From positions 5,056,001 to 5,120,000 of the forward strand of contig OY769902.1 of assembly GCA_963669175.1 (NCBI GenBank): a DNA stretch of 64,000 nt, given 5' to 3'. The notes below the pieces were generated by a model. The model was given only the letters and a program-made list of their open reading frames with translations. It was not told where the DNA came from and searched no databases. Below, piece by piece: positions 9,200-19,733 of the stretch. Position numbers and translations under genes: made by a program. The stretch is from a bacterium. GTDB lineage: Bacteria > Electryoneota > Electryoneia > Electryoneales > Electryoneaceae. Each line of letters starts with the position of its first letter. Position 1 is the first letter of the stretch.

Positions 9200-10564
9200 A
9201 TGCTATTCACGTTGAAAAGAAGCATCCTGCTTTCTGCCCTGTCACTGCTCCTGATCGTTGCTTCCTTTGTTCTGGCCGGCCCATCCGGGGACGCCCGTAT
9301 GGGGTCTTATTCGTACGATGACTTTGAGAATCCCGGCGCCTGTCGTGCTTGTCACCAGGACATTTTCCGTCAGTGGGAACAGGCCATGATGAGCCAGGCT
9401 TATACTCACCATTGGGACGAAGTCGAGTACTTCGACCTGGCTGTCGCTCATGGTGACGCGGACAAGGAATTCGAGACCGCTCACGAAGGCTGCAACGGTT
9501 GTCATACCCCAATGGCATGGCTGGCGGGCGATGTTCCCCCACCACGTCCCGGCAACAGCCGTGCGGATGAATCTGTCGCCTGCGATGTCTGCCATACCAT
9601 TACCGGCTTTGAGGGGGACACACCTTTTAACTTCAACTGGATCATCGAACCGGGGCAGGAAAAACAAGGCCCGAGGAAAGAAGGCGAAGCAGTCCCCTCG
9701 CCACACCATAAAATGGTCTATTCCGATTTTGTCAAGACAGCGGAATTCTGCGGAACCTGCCACAACGAGAAGGACGGTTTCGGCATGTGGGTCAAATCCA
9801 CTCATCTCGAGTGGAAAGAAGGCCCGTACGCGGAACAGGGTGTGGTCTGCCAGGACTGTCATATGACGTACTCGCCCGGACGTTCTGCGAAAATGGGCAA
9901 CGAACACGAAGACACAGCGCAGCATCTTTTCCACGGCGCTCATGATCCGGGCAAGATCGCAGGGACCATTGAGCTACGGATTCACCCGGACATCCGTGAA
10001 GCGGAACCCGGCGAAACGGTGCAGTTCACCCTCGCGCTGTTCAATGGCAAGACCGGGCACAAATTCCCCACCGGTTCTGTGGAAGATCGAATTGTCTGGG
10101 TGCATGTGGAAGCGAAAGACGCGGCCGGAAACACCTATCATCTCCCGGTCGATCCCAAAGGATTCGAAGGCGAGGAGATGACCATCGCAGCAGATGTGCT
10201 GGCCTATCAGGACATGGGACCAATTCTCGGCATTGCTGATTTCAAAGGAGTGCAACGTGATGGTGTGCCGGTTGGTGACCGGATTTTCCGCATGCCCTAT
10301 CTCGATCCCCAGGGACGCATGACGATCATGCAGTGGAACACGGTCTCGTTTGGTCCGGACTACCGGATCGGCCCACGTGAGACCAAGCTGGAAACCTATA
10401 CGTTTGACCTGCCCTTTGAGGCGGAACCGGGCGAGATGACCATTACCGCAACCATGTACTACAAACTGCTGGTCAAACCTGTCGCGGATTTGCTTGGCGC
10501 GGAAGAAGAAGGCCATACTGTATTGGTGAATAGTCACAGTACACTGGTGACGGTGTTGCCGTAG
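9200..10564 (+). CDS. Exported pentaheme c-type cytochrome with C-terminal beta-rich domain
   Basis: Signal peptide and five CxxCH motifs (CRACH, CNGCH, CDVCH, CGTCH, CQDCH). Confidence 0.92.
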   Translation: MLFTLKRSILLSALSLLLIVASFVLAGPSGDARMGSYSYDDFENPGACRACHQDIFRQWEQAMMSQAYTHHWDEVEYFDLAVAHGDADKEFETAHEGCNGCHTPMAWLAGDVPPPRPGNSRADESVACDVCHTITGFEGDTPFNFNWIIEPGQEKQGPRKEGEAVPSPHHKMVYSDFVKTAEFCGTCHNEKDGFGMWVKSTHLEWKEGPYAEQGVVCQDCHMTYSPGRSAKMGNEHEDTAQHLFHGAHDPGKIAGTIELRIHPDIREAEPGETVQFTLALFNGKTGHKFPTGSVEDRIVWVHVEAKDAAGNTYHLPVDPKGFEGEEMTIAADVLAYQDMGPILGIADFKGVQRDGVPVGDRIFRMPYLDPQGRMTIMQWNTVSFGPDYRIGPRETKLETYTFDLPFEAEPGEMTITATMYYKLLVKPVADLLGAEEEGHTVLVNSHSTLVTVLP

Positions 10565-10972
10565 ATGCACTGATGTGAAAACGGTATTCATTCCCACGTA
10601 GGTGGGAATCCAGTCATATTGCGATATTACAAGAAGTTAAGTATTCTCAAGAGGCTCGGTACATAAAAAGCTGTTTGTGTGCGCAACTTGTTGTATTGTC
10701 GATACTTGCCTGGATCACCACCTTCGTGGGGATGAAAGCGCTGCTGCTTCTGAAATAGCGTTTAAGGAAGTGATCGCGAGAAATCAATGAAACCCGGGTG
10801 GCCCGACTCACACGTGATAAGGTCACCACTACCGTTGCAGAGAAATACAATGATGCTGCATTAATCCAAAATGCAACAACGAGTGAGTCGGGATTGCGAC
10901 AAATTCTGATATAGTGTTCAAGGAAATGTTCGCGATAAAAAGACGATTGAGTAAAACCATAGAGGGGGTACG

Positions 10973-12142
10973 ATGAAGAAGGTGCTGACTGTTTTGTTGC
11001 TGACCGGTCTGTTTGTGATGTTGGGCGTTGAGCAGGCGATGGCGATTCCGGCTTTTGCCCGTAAATACCAAATGTCCTGCACGACTTGCCATGCTCCATT
11101 TCCACGTTTGAAAGATTACGGCGACGAATTCGCGGGAAATGGCTTCATTCTCGAGGACCAGGAATCTCCGCGCTATTTCGTGGACACAGGCGACATGAAC
11201 CTGGATCTGATCCGTGACTTTCCGATTGCCATGCGGATTGAATCTTACGCCATCATAGATGAGACCAACCAAAAGGATCTGGATTTCCGGACGCCGTATA
11301 AAATCAAATTGTTCAGCGGCGGCGCGTTGACGGAGCATGTGTCCTATTACCTCTATTTTTATATGGACGAACGTGGTGTGGTTGAGGGCCTGGACGATGC
11401 CTTCATCATGTTCAATAACATGTTGGGGCAGGATCTGGACATCTATGTCGGTCAGTTTGCCCTGTCCGATCCTATGCTGAAAAGCGAGTTGCGCCTGACC
11501 TATGAAGATTATGTCCCCTACAAGCAACGTGTCGGCGCATCTTCGATCCGTCTCTCCTATGATCGCGGTATGATGGTGACCTGGGGCTTGCCGACCAACA
11601 CCGGGACCGGACTGACAGTTATTGCCGTGAACGGGAACGGTATCGGCGCTGCAAACGGTGACCATAGTTTCGATTCCGATGCCAACAAGGTTTTTGCCGG
11701 ACACCTGAGCCAGGATATCGCCGGGCTGGCCGGGATCGGTGTTTTCGGCCTGTTTGGTTCAGAGGAAAACAGCGCCGCACTCACCAACGACGTCAACATC
11801 ATCGGGGTTGATCTTGGCTTCGGGTTGGGACCTGTCGATATCAGCGGACAATACCTGATGCGTACCGACTCTGATCCCCTGTTCGCTAATGTTTCCGGAG
11901 ATGACATGGAAACCGAGGGCATGATTGCAGAGGCTGTATTCTGGCCGCATGGCGATCACAGCACCTGGTACGTGACCGGATTGTACAATCGTATCGCCTC
12001 CGACCTGGGTTCGGACTATGAAAGTGTCACCGGGCACTTCGGCTACCTGGTACAAACCAATATCCGCCTCGGCCTGGAAGCAACCTACGACATGGAAAGC
12101 GAACAGACGGTGTTGGGCGTGGGGCTGAACGCAGCGTTTTAG
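10973..12142 (+). CDS. Cyc2-like monoheme cytochrome-porin fusion (outer membrane)
   Basis: Signal peptide ending AMA, then IPAFARKYQMSCTTCHAPFPRL..YGDEFAGNGF, an amphipathic beta-strand body and C-terminal Phe. Confidence 0.8.
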   Translation: MKKVLTVLLLTGLFVMLGVEQAMAIPAFARKYQMSCTTCHAPFPRLKDYGDEFAGNGFILEDQESPRYFVDTGDMNLDLIRDFPIAMRIESYAIIDETNQKDLDFRTPYKIKLFSGGALTEHVSYYLYFYMDERGVVEGLDDAFIMFNNMLGQDLDIYVGQFALSDPMLKSELRLTYEDYVPYKQRVGASSIRLSYDRGMMVTWGLPTNTGTGLTVIAVNGNGIGAANGDHSFDSDANKVFAGHLSQDIAGLAGIGVFGLFGSEENSAALTNDVNIIGVDLGFGLGPVDISGQYLMRTDSDPLFANVSGDDMETEGMIAEAVFWPHGDHSTWYVTGLYNRIASDLGSDYESVTGHFGYLVQTNIRLGLEATYDMESEQTVLGVGLNAAF

Positions 12143-12373
12143 ATGGGCATATTCTGTTGGTCTGAAAAGGTCTCACGCAAAGACGCAAGGAAACAAAAGC
12201 AAAGAAATATTCTTCAGGGCAACCTGTTAGGATGAATCTATCTCGTGAGTGAATTGTAGTGTTCAAGTTTTGAGTCTCTCAAGCAGGCAGATCATAGAAA
12301 ATCTGACCTGCTTTTCTATTTATATCAACTTTACGTTTCCTCACAAGAATTTGTGCATCCGGGCGATGTTGTG

Positions 12374-12623
12374 GCAGGTCTTGACGCGACATTTCGTCTT
12401 CGACTTTTGCTGTGTTTTCCAGAATGCACAATGATACTGAAACCACCTCGCGCCCTGTTATTGTCGCGTTGTGACCTGCCACCTGATTCAACATTCTCGC
12501 TGTCGTCAGGTCACAACGTGATGCCTGATGACGATCCATCAAGCGAAATAGCATGTGTGAAGTCGGACAGGTGTCTGAAATTGCGGAGAAGAACGCGAAA
12601 ACGGCATCACGTCAAGACCTGAC
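12374..12623. mobile_element. Stand-alone REPIN/MITE-like nested palindrome related to the RAYT-flanking repeats
   Basis: Outer IR caggtcttgacg/cgtcaagacctg and inner IR cgttgtgacctg/caggtcacaacg, in the same layout as 31141-31307 and 31948-32117. Confidence 0.75.
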
Positions 12624-12801
12624 GAAACGAACTCGTAGATAATTCACACAAATTCCTGTGAGCAGCCAACTTTACAACAAAAAAATACCATTATAATCAC
12701 ATCCTCATCATCCTATTATCCTGAGAGTCAATCATCCTGTTCATCCTTTTTATCCTGCCCATCCTGTAAATTCTGCTTGAGAGTCTGGCGAAGAGTGAGA
12801 G

Positions 12802-13704
12802 TCAGGCGCGGGGATGGAAGCGTTGGTGGACCTCGCGCATGAAGTCCTGCTCGACATGGGTGTAGATCTGGGTGGTAGCGATATCGGCATGGCCCAGCAT
12901 TTCCTGCACAGAGCGTAGATCCGCGCCGGCCTCGATCAGGTGCGTGGCGAAGGTATGCCGGAAAACGTGTGGCGTGACATGAACTCGTAGTTTTAACGGT
13001 TCGGCATATTTTCGGATGATTTTGTATACGGCATCCCGGGTCAGCGGACGTCCCCGTATGGACAGGAATAACGCCCCCTCATCTTTGCCATAATCACGCG
13101 CCAGGTTGGCACGGTCGCCGTTGAGCAGGTAACGGTCGCGTATCCAATAGACCGCCGTATCCCCGATGGGCACAATCCGTTCCTTCGATCCCTTCCCGAA
13201 GACGCGGACAAAGCCCTCTTTCCAGAACCCGTCACGCAGTTTGAACCCCACCAGCTCACTGACCCGCAGCCCGCACGCCCACAGCATCTCCAGCATGGCA
13301 CGATCCCGCACGCCCAGTGGATCACCGGTAGAAGGCGATTCCACCAGCTCTTGCGCCTGATCAATGGTCAAGAAAGTTGGAAGATGGCTGGTACGACGTG
13401 AGGCTTTGATACCGGCCGCCGGGTCGCGTCGCGTCAATCCTTCCGCGGCGAGAAACTTGTGAAAATGACGGATCGCGCTGGCAGCGCGTGCACGACTGCT
13501 CTCGGCTAGCCCAAGATCTTTCAACAACGCCAGGTGTTCGACGATGTTCCGTTTCTCCACACGTTCGGCGCGTGTGATCATGAAACGGTCTTTCATGTCA
13601 GCGATGTAACGCAGCAAGTCGTGACGGTAGCCGTCAACCGTATGCTCGCTACGTGTACGCTCCAACCGTAAATGACTGAGAAACTCTTCCAGTTCGTCAA
13701 ACAT
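12802..13704 (-). CDS. xerD: Tyrosine recombinase XerD
   Basis: RDRAMLE...GLRVSEL, GKGSKER and TPHVFRHTFATHL.EAGADLRSVQEMLGHADIATTQIYTHV. Confidence 0.93.
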   Translation of the reverse strand: MFDELEEFLSHLRLERTRSEHTVDGYRHDLLRYIADMKDRFMITRAERVEKRNIVEHLALLKDLGLAESSRARAASAIRHFHKFLAAEGLTRRDPAAGIKASRRTSHLPTFLTIDQAQELVESPSTGDPLGVRDRAMLEMLWACGLRVSELVGFKLRDGFWKEGFVRVFGKGSKERIVPIGDTAVYWIRDRYLLNGDRANLARDYGKDEGALFLSIRGRPLTRDAVYKIIRKYAEPLKLRVHVTPHVFRHTFATHLIEAGADLRSVQEMLGHADIATTQIYTHVEQDFMREVHQRFHPRA

Positions 13705-13921
13705 CTGCTTCTGCTTGTTGTTTGAAGTATGGTTAAATCACTCAAAAACTGTCACGAATTAAGGGTAAGGTTATCGAATAACAACTTTGTTCGGCTCTAC
13801 TCAAGATCCCCGATACGCCTCGGCGCACAAGTCCCCGCCTGCCAGGCTGGGATGAGAGTGTTTTCTATTCTGATACAGTCTACTGCGCTGGAGATGACAG
13901 AATGGGACAGTACTCTCTTGA

Positions 13922-14809
13922 CTACAGAACAGCGTCAATAAGCGACCTTAGAGTTTTAATATACGCCGGTGCAGTACCGCAACACCCTCCGACTACTCTC
14001 ACGTGATTGATTAATACCCCGGCGGCTTGTGTCCAGGTCTGCTCATTTTCAGGCCATGCAAATCCCCGATCACTTTGCACGGGTACTCCAGCCGAAGGCG
14101 CATACCATAATGGCAGTGAGGTCCATTCAGTAAGCTGGCGCATGAGTGATGATAGGGCAACCGCCCCATCACCGCAATTCACACCGACGGCAGCAACACC
14201 TTCCTGCTCAGCCTTCTTGATTGCCTCCTCAAGCGGTTCGCCCTGAAATGTCTGCCATTGCCCTTGTTTCATGACCGGACTGAACGAGACAACAATGGGG
14301 ATAGCCTGCCCGGTAACTTCCTGAATCGCATGGATTGCGAGGTTGGCTTCATCAACGCTCAACACCGATTCTATTACAATAAGATCAATCCCCTCATCCA
14401 ACATCCACCCAGCCTGTTTCGCATATCCAGTCTTGATTTGCCCTTCCGTTGGCGGCGTCGCAGAGGTGAAACCGGCCGGTCCCAGGACACCCGCAACAAG
14501 GCATTCTTCGTCAGCAACTTCCCGAACAATCCTCACGGCTGCACGGTTGATCTCTTCAGCCCGGTTTTCAAGCCCAAAAGACGCCAGTCGTTCCGGATGC
14601 GCGCCGAAGGTGCAAGTCTGAAGAATCTCAGCGCCAGCATTTTTGTACGATTTAACCAGACGGGCGATTGCAGACGAGTCCTGCAATACGAGTTCTTCGG
14701 GGCATTGCTTCCAGTGAACGCCGGATTGTTGGAGAAGTGTCCCCAGCGCACCATCGGCCAGAAGGGGTACTCCCTGTTTCAAACGATCCAGAAAAGACTT
14801 TTTTGCCAT
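13922..14809 (-). CDS. Homocysteine S-methyltransferase family protein
   Basis: LADGALGT, TCTFGA and the zinc ligands GVNC and GGCCGT. Confidence 0.9.
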   Translation of the reverse strand: MAKKSFLDRLKQGVPLLADGALGTLLQQSGVHWKQCPEELVLQDSSAIARLVKSYKNAGAEILQTCTFGAHPERLASFGLENRAEEINRAAVRIVREVADEECLVAGVLGPAGFTSATPPTEGQIKTGYAKQAGWMLDEGIDLIVIESVLSVDEANLAIHAIQEVTGQAIPIVVSFSPVMKQGQWQTFQGEPLEEAIKKAEQEGVAAVGVNCGDGAVALSSLMRQLTEWTSLPLWYAPSAGVPVQSDRGFAWPENEQTWTQAAGVLINHVRVVGGCCGTAPAYIKTLRSLIDAVL

Positions 14810-14828
14810 GGTTCTTTCAGCGCCTCAG

Positions 14829-15800
14829 CTATTCCCATTCCCGGGCTGTGATAATGTGCTGGATTTGATCATGAACGTGGTTCAGGTCCAGCGGTTTCTG
14901 CATGAACGCGGTCGCGCCCAGTTGCACGGCTTCGTGTTGAAAACGATTCTCCTGGTGGGCGGTCATGATGATGACCGGAATCCGTTCTGTACTCTTGAAC
15001 GCCCGCAAGGTACGCAACGCTTCGAAACCGGATTTCTCCGGCATATCGACATCCATCAATACGACATCCGGTTTCATTTTTCGCACCTGCTTGACTGCTT
15101 CGGCGCCATTTTCGGCTGTGATCACGCGATACAGCTTCAGTTGCAGCGCTTCCTGGAAAACCTCGATAAACTCCCGGTCATCGTCAACGATTAATAAAAG
15201 CGGCTGAAGTTGCATGCTGGGATTGACTTCTTCCGGTTTCATCTCTTCGGTCAACCATTCCGCCAGCGTCCTTTTTATCCAGGGCAGGGGCAGACGACTG
15301 CGCATGAACAGTCCTTTCCCCAATCCCTGCCACTCATGTTCCCGAGCATCAGCGGGATTGCGGCCGATTATCACAAAGCGTGTCGGTGATAGCGCTTCGT
15401 CCCGAATCAACAGGCGCATCAAGTCAACCGCATGATAATCACCCTGGCGAGATTCAAGAATGATCAACTCCGCCTTCTGGTACTCCGAGACAAAGATCAT
15501 CTCGAAATTGTCATAGAGGAACACTTCGAGGTTCAATTCAGCCAGTGCGTCCACCAGAGAATCACGCATTTCCCCCGGCTTCATGATGACCATGGCGTTT
15601 TTTACGGTTACCTTTTTCCCGGTGCTTGGGGAGGAATAGGTCGTTTGAAGCGGCGTTGCCAGGAACTTTTCAAGCAGATCCCGGCTGCTGTGAAAATCTG
15701 CTGATGGAATATCCAACTCATCAACGCTTTTAGGTCGTAGTGGTTGAAGGTTGCTTCCTGAATCGGACAGTCCTGTGTTCTTCAGGTGACGATGGGGCAT
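14829..15800 (-). CDS. Response regulator (degenerate N-terminal plus intact C-terminal receiver, no output domain)
   Basis: LIVDDD, PDVVLMDVDMP, IMTA and QKP receiver motifs. Confidence 0.85.
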   Translation of the reverse strand: MPHRHLKNTGLSDSGSNLQPLRPKSVDELDIPSADFHSSRDLLEKFLATPLQTTYSSPSTGKKVTVKNAMVIMKPGEMRDSLVDALAELNLEVFLYDNFEMIFVSEYQKAELIILESRQGDYHAVDLMRLLIRDEALSPTRFVIIGRNPADAREHEWQGLGKGLFMRSRLPLPWIKRTLAEWLTEEMKPEEVNPSMQLQPLLLIVDDDREFIEVFQEALQLKLYRVITAENGAEAVKQVRKMKPDVVLMDVDMPEKSGFEALRTLRAFKSTERIPVIIMTAHQENRFQHEAVQLGATAFMQKPLDLNHVHDQIQHIITAREWE

Positions 15801-16283
15801 GACAGAACCCGTGTTTATTGATATTAAGTAAGCTACCCTTGGGAGATTACATGCGCAAGTGACGGGATCAGGTGGTCGAGATCACAGCCGCGGGAATCAT
15901 TGACAGTTTATACAGTTTATTAAGAGAGCTTAACTTATATAACATCCCGCGTAGAATCCTGCGTTGATCAGCCTATATGGCGACACTCTTTTCGCAACGA
16001 AGCGTGTAATCACTGTGAATAAACAGCTCAAAGGCATTTGCTTTCTCTCAACTTACCGACGGATAAAAATGCTTCCGATTCAGGGCATGGATTCAGATTA
16101 TCGTTGGAAGTTAGCTATAACTTTGTGAAAAATGGTACGAGGCTCGGGTACCCCAAACATTGCCCCGGGACTTCCCATCTTGTAACTTGGTAGTAGCCGT
16201 GCAGCAGCCCGCCTTTTTTTGGGAGTTACGGGCATGCTTGAGCACGGTTAATACGTTTCAACAGGTTACAAAAGGGATACACC

Positions 16284-18563
16284 ATGGCGTACGACAAGGA
16301 AGCGATCGAATACCACAGTAAACCTGTTCCGGGGAAAGTATCCGTCACACCAACTAAACCCTGCATCACCCAGCGTGATCTCTCTTTAGCCTACACTCCC
16401 GGTGTAGCTGTGCCCTGTCTTGAGATCGAACAAGATCCCGAGAAAGCATACAAGTATACCAGCAAAGGTAACCTTGTTGCTGTTATTTCCAACGGTACCG
16501 CAGTATTGGGTTTGGGTGACATCGGTCCCCTGGGCGGCAAGCCCGTAATGGAAGGCAAAGGCGTTCTGTTCAAGCGTTTTGCCAACATTGACGTATTCGA
16601 TATTGAGCTTGACACCAAGGATCCAGAGGAAGTCATCCTTGCCAGCAAGCTGCTTTCACCCACGTTCGGCGGCATTAACCTGGAGGACATTAAGGCCCCC
16701 GAGTGTTTCTACATCGAAGAAACTCTCAAAGAAATGCTGGACATCCCGGTTTTCCATGATGATCAGCATGGTACAGCGATTATTTCAGGCGCAGCACTCC
16801 TCAATGCAGTTGAGATCATTGGGAAGGACATGGCTGAGCTGAAAGTAGTCTTCAATGGCGCCGGCGCTGCCGGTATTGCCTGTGCAAAATTCTATGAATC
16901 ATTAGGAGTATCTCACGAAAACGTATTGATGTGTGACAGCAAGGGTGTATTGTACAAGGGACGTGAGGACCTGGTGGAAGGTCATCCCCGTTACAACAAG
17001 TACAAGGCCTACTTTGCTGCCGATACGGACAAGCGCACCCTGGCGGAAGCCATGGTTGGCGCCGATGCATTTGCCGGTGTTTCGGTTGCGAATGTTGTCA
17101 CCCAGGACATGGTTCGTTCCATGGCCAATGATCCGATCATTTTCGCCATGGCGAATCCTGATCCGGAGATTACCTACGAAGATGCGAAAGCCGCTCGTTC
17201 CGATGTCATCATGGCCACAGGCCGCAGTGACTATCCGAACCAGGTAAACAACGTACTCGGCTTCCCCTTCATTTTCCGTGGCGCTCTGGACGTTCGTGCC
17301 AAGGCGATCAATGAAGAGATGAAGGTTGCCGCCGCGCACGCTCTGGCAGACCTGGCAAAGGAAGACGTTCCAGACACTGTTTTGCGTGCTTACCACACAA
17401 ACAAGATTTCATTTGGTCGTGAATACCTGATTCCGAAACCATTTGATCCTCGCGTGTTGACCCGGGAAGCGGTTGCAGTTGCAAAAGCGGCTGTAGATAG
17501 CGGCGTCGCGCGTAAGGAAATTCAGGACTGGGAAGCCTATCGCGACCAGTTGGAGAAACACCTTGGCGCGGAACGCGAGATCATCCGTCGTCTTATCCAT
17601 GTTGCCCAGGATACACCTCACCGGATCGCGATTGGCGCCGGTACCGATGAAAAGATGCTGCGTGCAGCCAACATCATTGCCGAAGAAGGCATCGGCACAC
17701 CGGTTCTGCTCGGCAGTGAAAAAGAGGTCAAAGCCAAGATCGAAGAGCTGGGCCTGAACCTGCAGAATGTGGAAATCGTGGAACCGGCAAAGCATCCACG
17801 TTTCAACGAATACGTTGACCTGTACTACAACCTGCGGAATCGTAAGGGCGTCAACCGTGATGAAGCCATCCGCGACATGCGTACCGGAGTATATTACGGC
17901 CCGATGATGGTTCGCCAGGGTGACGCGGATGTATACATCTCCGGAAGAAGCCGTTACTATCCGTTGTTGATCCGTCCCATGATGCGCGTCATGAAGGATC
18001 GCACCAATGGCGGCATCCTCGCGGGTGTCTACATGGCGATCATCAACCACAAGCCCTACTTCCTGGCTGACACGACGGTCAATTTCAGCCCGGACGAAGA
18101 TCAGTTGGTCCAGATTGCAGAAAATGTGCATCAACTGGTCAGCAGCCTGGGGATCAAGCCGCGTATGGCCTTCCTCAGCTTCTCCAACTTCGGAAGCAAC
18201 AAGCATCCGGGCACCGAGAAGATGGCGAAAGCGGTTGAGAAGCTTTGGAAGATCCATCCGGATTGGGATGTTGATGGTGAGTTGCAGGCGGATATCGCTG
18301 TGTCTCCCGAATTGTTGAAAGAAGAGTATCCCTTCGCGAAGATCCAGGGCGGCGCGAACTGCCTGATCTTCCCGAGCCTGAACGCATCCAATATTGCCTA
18401 TCGTTTGCTGCGTAGCCTTGGCAATGCCACCCTGCTCGGACCGATGCTCACCGGGCTGGATCTGCCGATGCACGTGCTTGAACGTGGCTGTGACGTGGAC
18501 GATATTGTAAACATCGCTGCTATCGGCGCCGTACAGGCCCAAGCGCGGAAGATGCGTCAGTAA
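16284..18563 (+). CDS. maeB: NADP-dependent malic enzyme with phosphotransacetylase domain
   Basis: [36 protein letters not shown] and [11 protein letters not shown]; C-terminal DGELQAD and LIFPSL. Confidence 0.97.
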   Translation: MAYDKEAIEYHSKPVPGKVSVTPTKPCITQRDLSLAYTPGVAVPCLEIEQDPEKAYKYTSKGNLVAVISNGTAVLGLGDIGPLGGKPVMEGKGVLFKRFANIDVFDIELDTKDPEEVILASKLLSPTFGGINLEDIKAPECFYIEETLKEMLDIPVFHDDQHGTAIISGAALLNAVEIIGKDMAELKVVFNGAGAAGIACAKFYESLGVSHENVLMCDSKGVLYKGREDLVEGHPRYNKYKAYFAADTDKRTLAEAMVGADAFAGVSVANVVTQDMVRSMANDPIIFAMANPDPEITYEDAKAARSDVIMATGRSDYPNQVNNVLGFPFIFRGALDVRAKAINEEMKVAAAHALADLAKEDVPDTVLRAYHTNKISFGREYLIPKPFDPRVLTREAVAVAKAAVDSGVARKEIQDWEAYRDQLEKHLGAEREIIRRLIHVAQDTPHRIAIGAGTDEKMLRAANIIAEEGIGTPVLLGSEKEVKAKIEELGLNLQNVEIVEPAKHPRFNEYVDLYYNLRNRKGVNRDEAIRDMRTGVYYGPMMVRQGDADVYISGRSRYYPLLIRPMMRVMKDRTNGGILAGVYMAIINHKPYFLADTTVNFSPDEDQLVQIAENVHQLVSSLGIKPRMAFLSFSNFGSNKHPGTEKMAKAVEKLWKIHPDWDVDGELQADIAVSPELLKEEYPFAKIQGGANCLIFPSLNASNIAYRLLRSLGNATLLGPMLTGLDLPMHVLERGCDVDDIVNIAAIGAVQAQARKMRQ

Positions 18564-18582
18564 CTGAAGGGGGCGCCAGAAG

Positions 18583-19275
18583 ATGTACGAAACTGCTTTT
18601 CCCAGGGTTAAAATCTGTTGTATTCAGAATGTAGCGGAAATGCAGTTGGCCGTACGTTACGGTGCAACTTTTGTCGGACTGGTTGGTAAAATGCCAAGTG
18701 GTTTTGGTCCGATTTCAGAAGATACAATTGCCGAAATAGCTGCGGAGACTCCCCCGGGGGTCTCCGCTGTTTTGCTTACCAGCGAAACCCGTGCGTCCGC
18801 GATTATCGAACAGCAGCGACGTACCGGTGTCGGTGGTATTCAGATAGTCGATGATCTGACCGAAGGCAGCTACCAGGAATTGCGGGATTCCTTGCCGGGA
18901 GTTGACATCATCCAGGTCATTCATGTAACCGGGCCTGAGTCTGTTGACAAGGCAATGAAGGTCGCTCCTCTGGTTGATGCGATCCTGCTCGACAGCGGTC
19001 AACCCGATGCAGAAGTAAAAATTCTTGGCGGAACCGGGAAGACGCACAACTGGCAGCTCAGCGCCAGAATCCGGTCCCTGATCAACAAACCCCTGTTCCT
19101 GGCCGGTGGTTTACGGCCGTCTAATGTAGCTGAAGCCATGCGCTACGTTGCCCCGTACGCGCTGGACCTGTGTACCGGGTTACGGACCAACGGCGAGCTG
19201 GATGAGAACAAACTCACTCTTTTCATGAAGAACATCCGCGCTGAAAGCGCAACCCTGATGGAGGGAAAGTCATGA
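18583..19275 (+). CDS. trpF: Phosphoribosylanthranilate isomerase
   Basis: VKICCI, LLDS, GGTGKTHNW and LAGGL.PSNV. Confidence 0.88.
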   Translation: MYETAFPRVKICCIQNVAEMQLAVRYGATFVGLVGKMPSGFGPISEDTIAEIAAETPPGVSAVLLTSETRASAIIEQQRRTGVGGIQIVDDLTEGSYQELRDSLPGVDIIQVIHVTGPESVDKAMKVAPLVDAILLDSGQPDAEVKILGGTGKTHNWQLSARIRSLINKPLFLAGGLRPSNVAEAMRYVAPYALDLCTGLRTNGELDENKLTLFMKNIRAESATLMEGKS

Positions 19276-19730
19276 CCAACCCCATGATCGTGGAAATCAA
19301 ACGGCTGGCGCCGGAGAAAACCGGTGATGTACCGTTACCCAAATCCATGTCGGAAGATGCGGCCGGGATGGATATTTTCGCGGCTGTGGAAAAGGAACTG
19401 ACCATCCTTCCCGGGCAGACAGTTGCTGTGCCGACCGGGTTTGCCATTGCGGTGCCACGCGGTTATGAAGCGCAGGTGCGGCCTCGAAGCGGCCTCGCCA
19501 TGAAACATTCCCTGATTGTCCCGAACAGTCCCGGAACCATCGACAGCGATTATCGTGGCGAAGTGCGTGTGCTGCTCTCCAACCTTGGCGCGAATCCGTT
19601 TGCCATCAGACGTGGTGACCGGATCGCTCAAATGGTGGTCTGCCCGGTGATGCGCATTGAGTGGAAAGAGACTGCCGAGTTGTCGGATACGGAACGTGGC
19701 GCGGGTGGTTTCGGCCATACCGGGGTTTGA
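19272..19730 (+). CDS. dut: dUTP diphosphatase
   Basis: AGMD, RPRSGLA, GTIDSDYRGE, RIAQ and RGAGGFGHTG. Confidence 0.97.
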   Translation: MTNPMIVEIKRLAPEKTGDVPLPKSMSEDAAGMDIFAAVEKELTILPGQTVAVPTGFAIAVPRGYEAQVRPRSGLAMKHSLIVPNSPGTIDSDYRGEVRVLLSNLGANPFAIRRGDRIAQMVVCPVMRIEWKETAELSDTERGAGGFGHTGV

Positions 19731-19733
19731 GCC

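Noticed and set aside
12802-13704. Tyrosine recombinase as a phage or island integrase
   Set aside because: Canonical XerD motifs and length, housekeeping neighbours, and no att site or cargo.
17409-18542. Long antisense ORFs (377 aa here; also 7019-7858, 10829-11704, 20913-21749, 35198-36091, 36543-37490)
   Set aside because: These are shadows of well-supported genes on the opposite strand and carry no motifs of their own.
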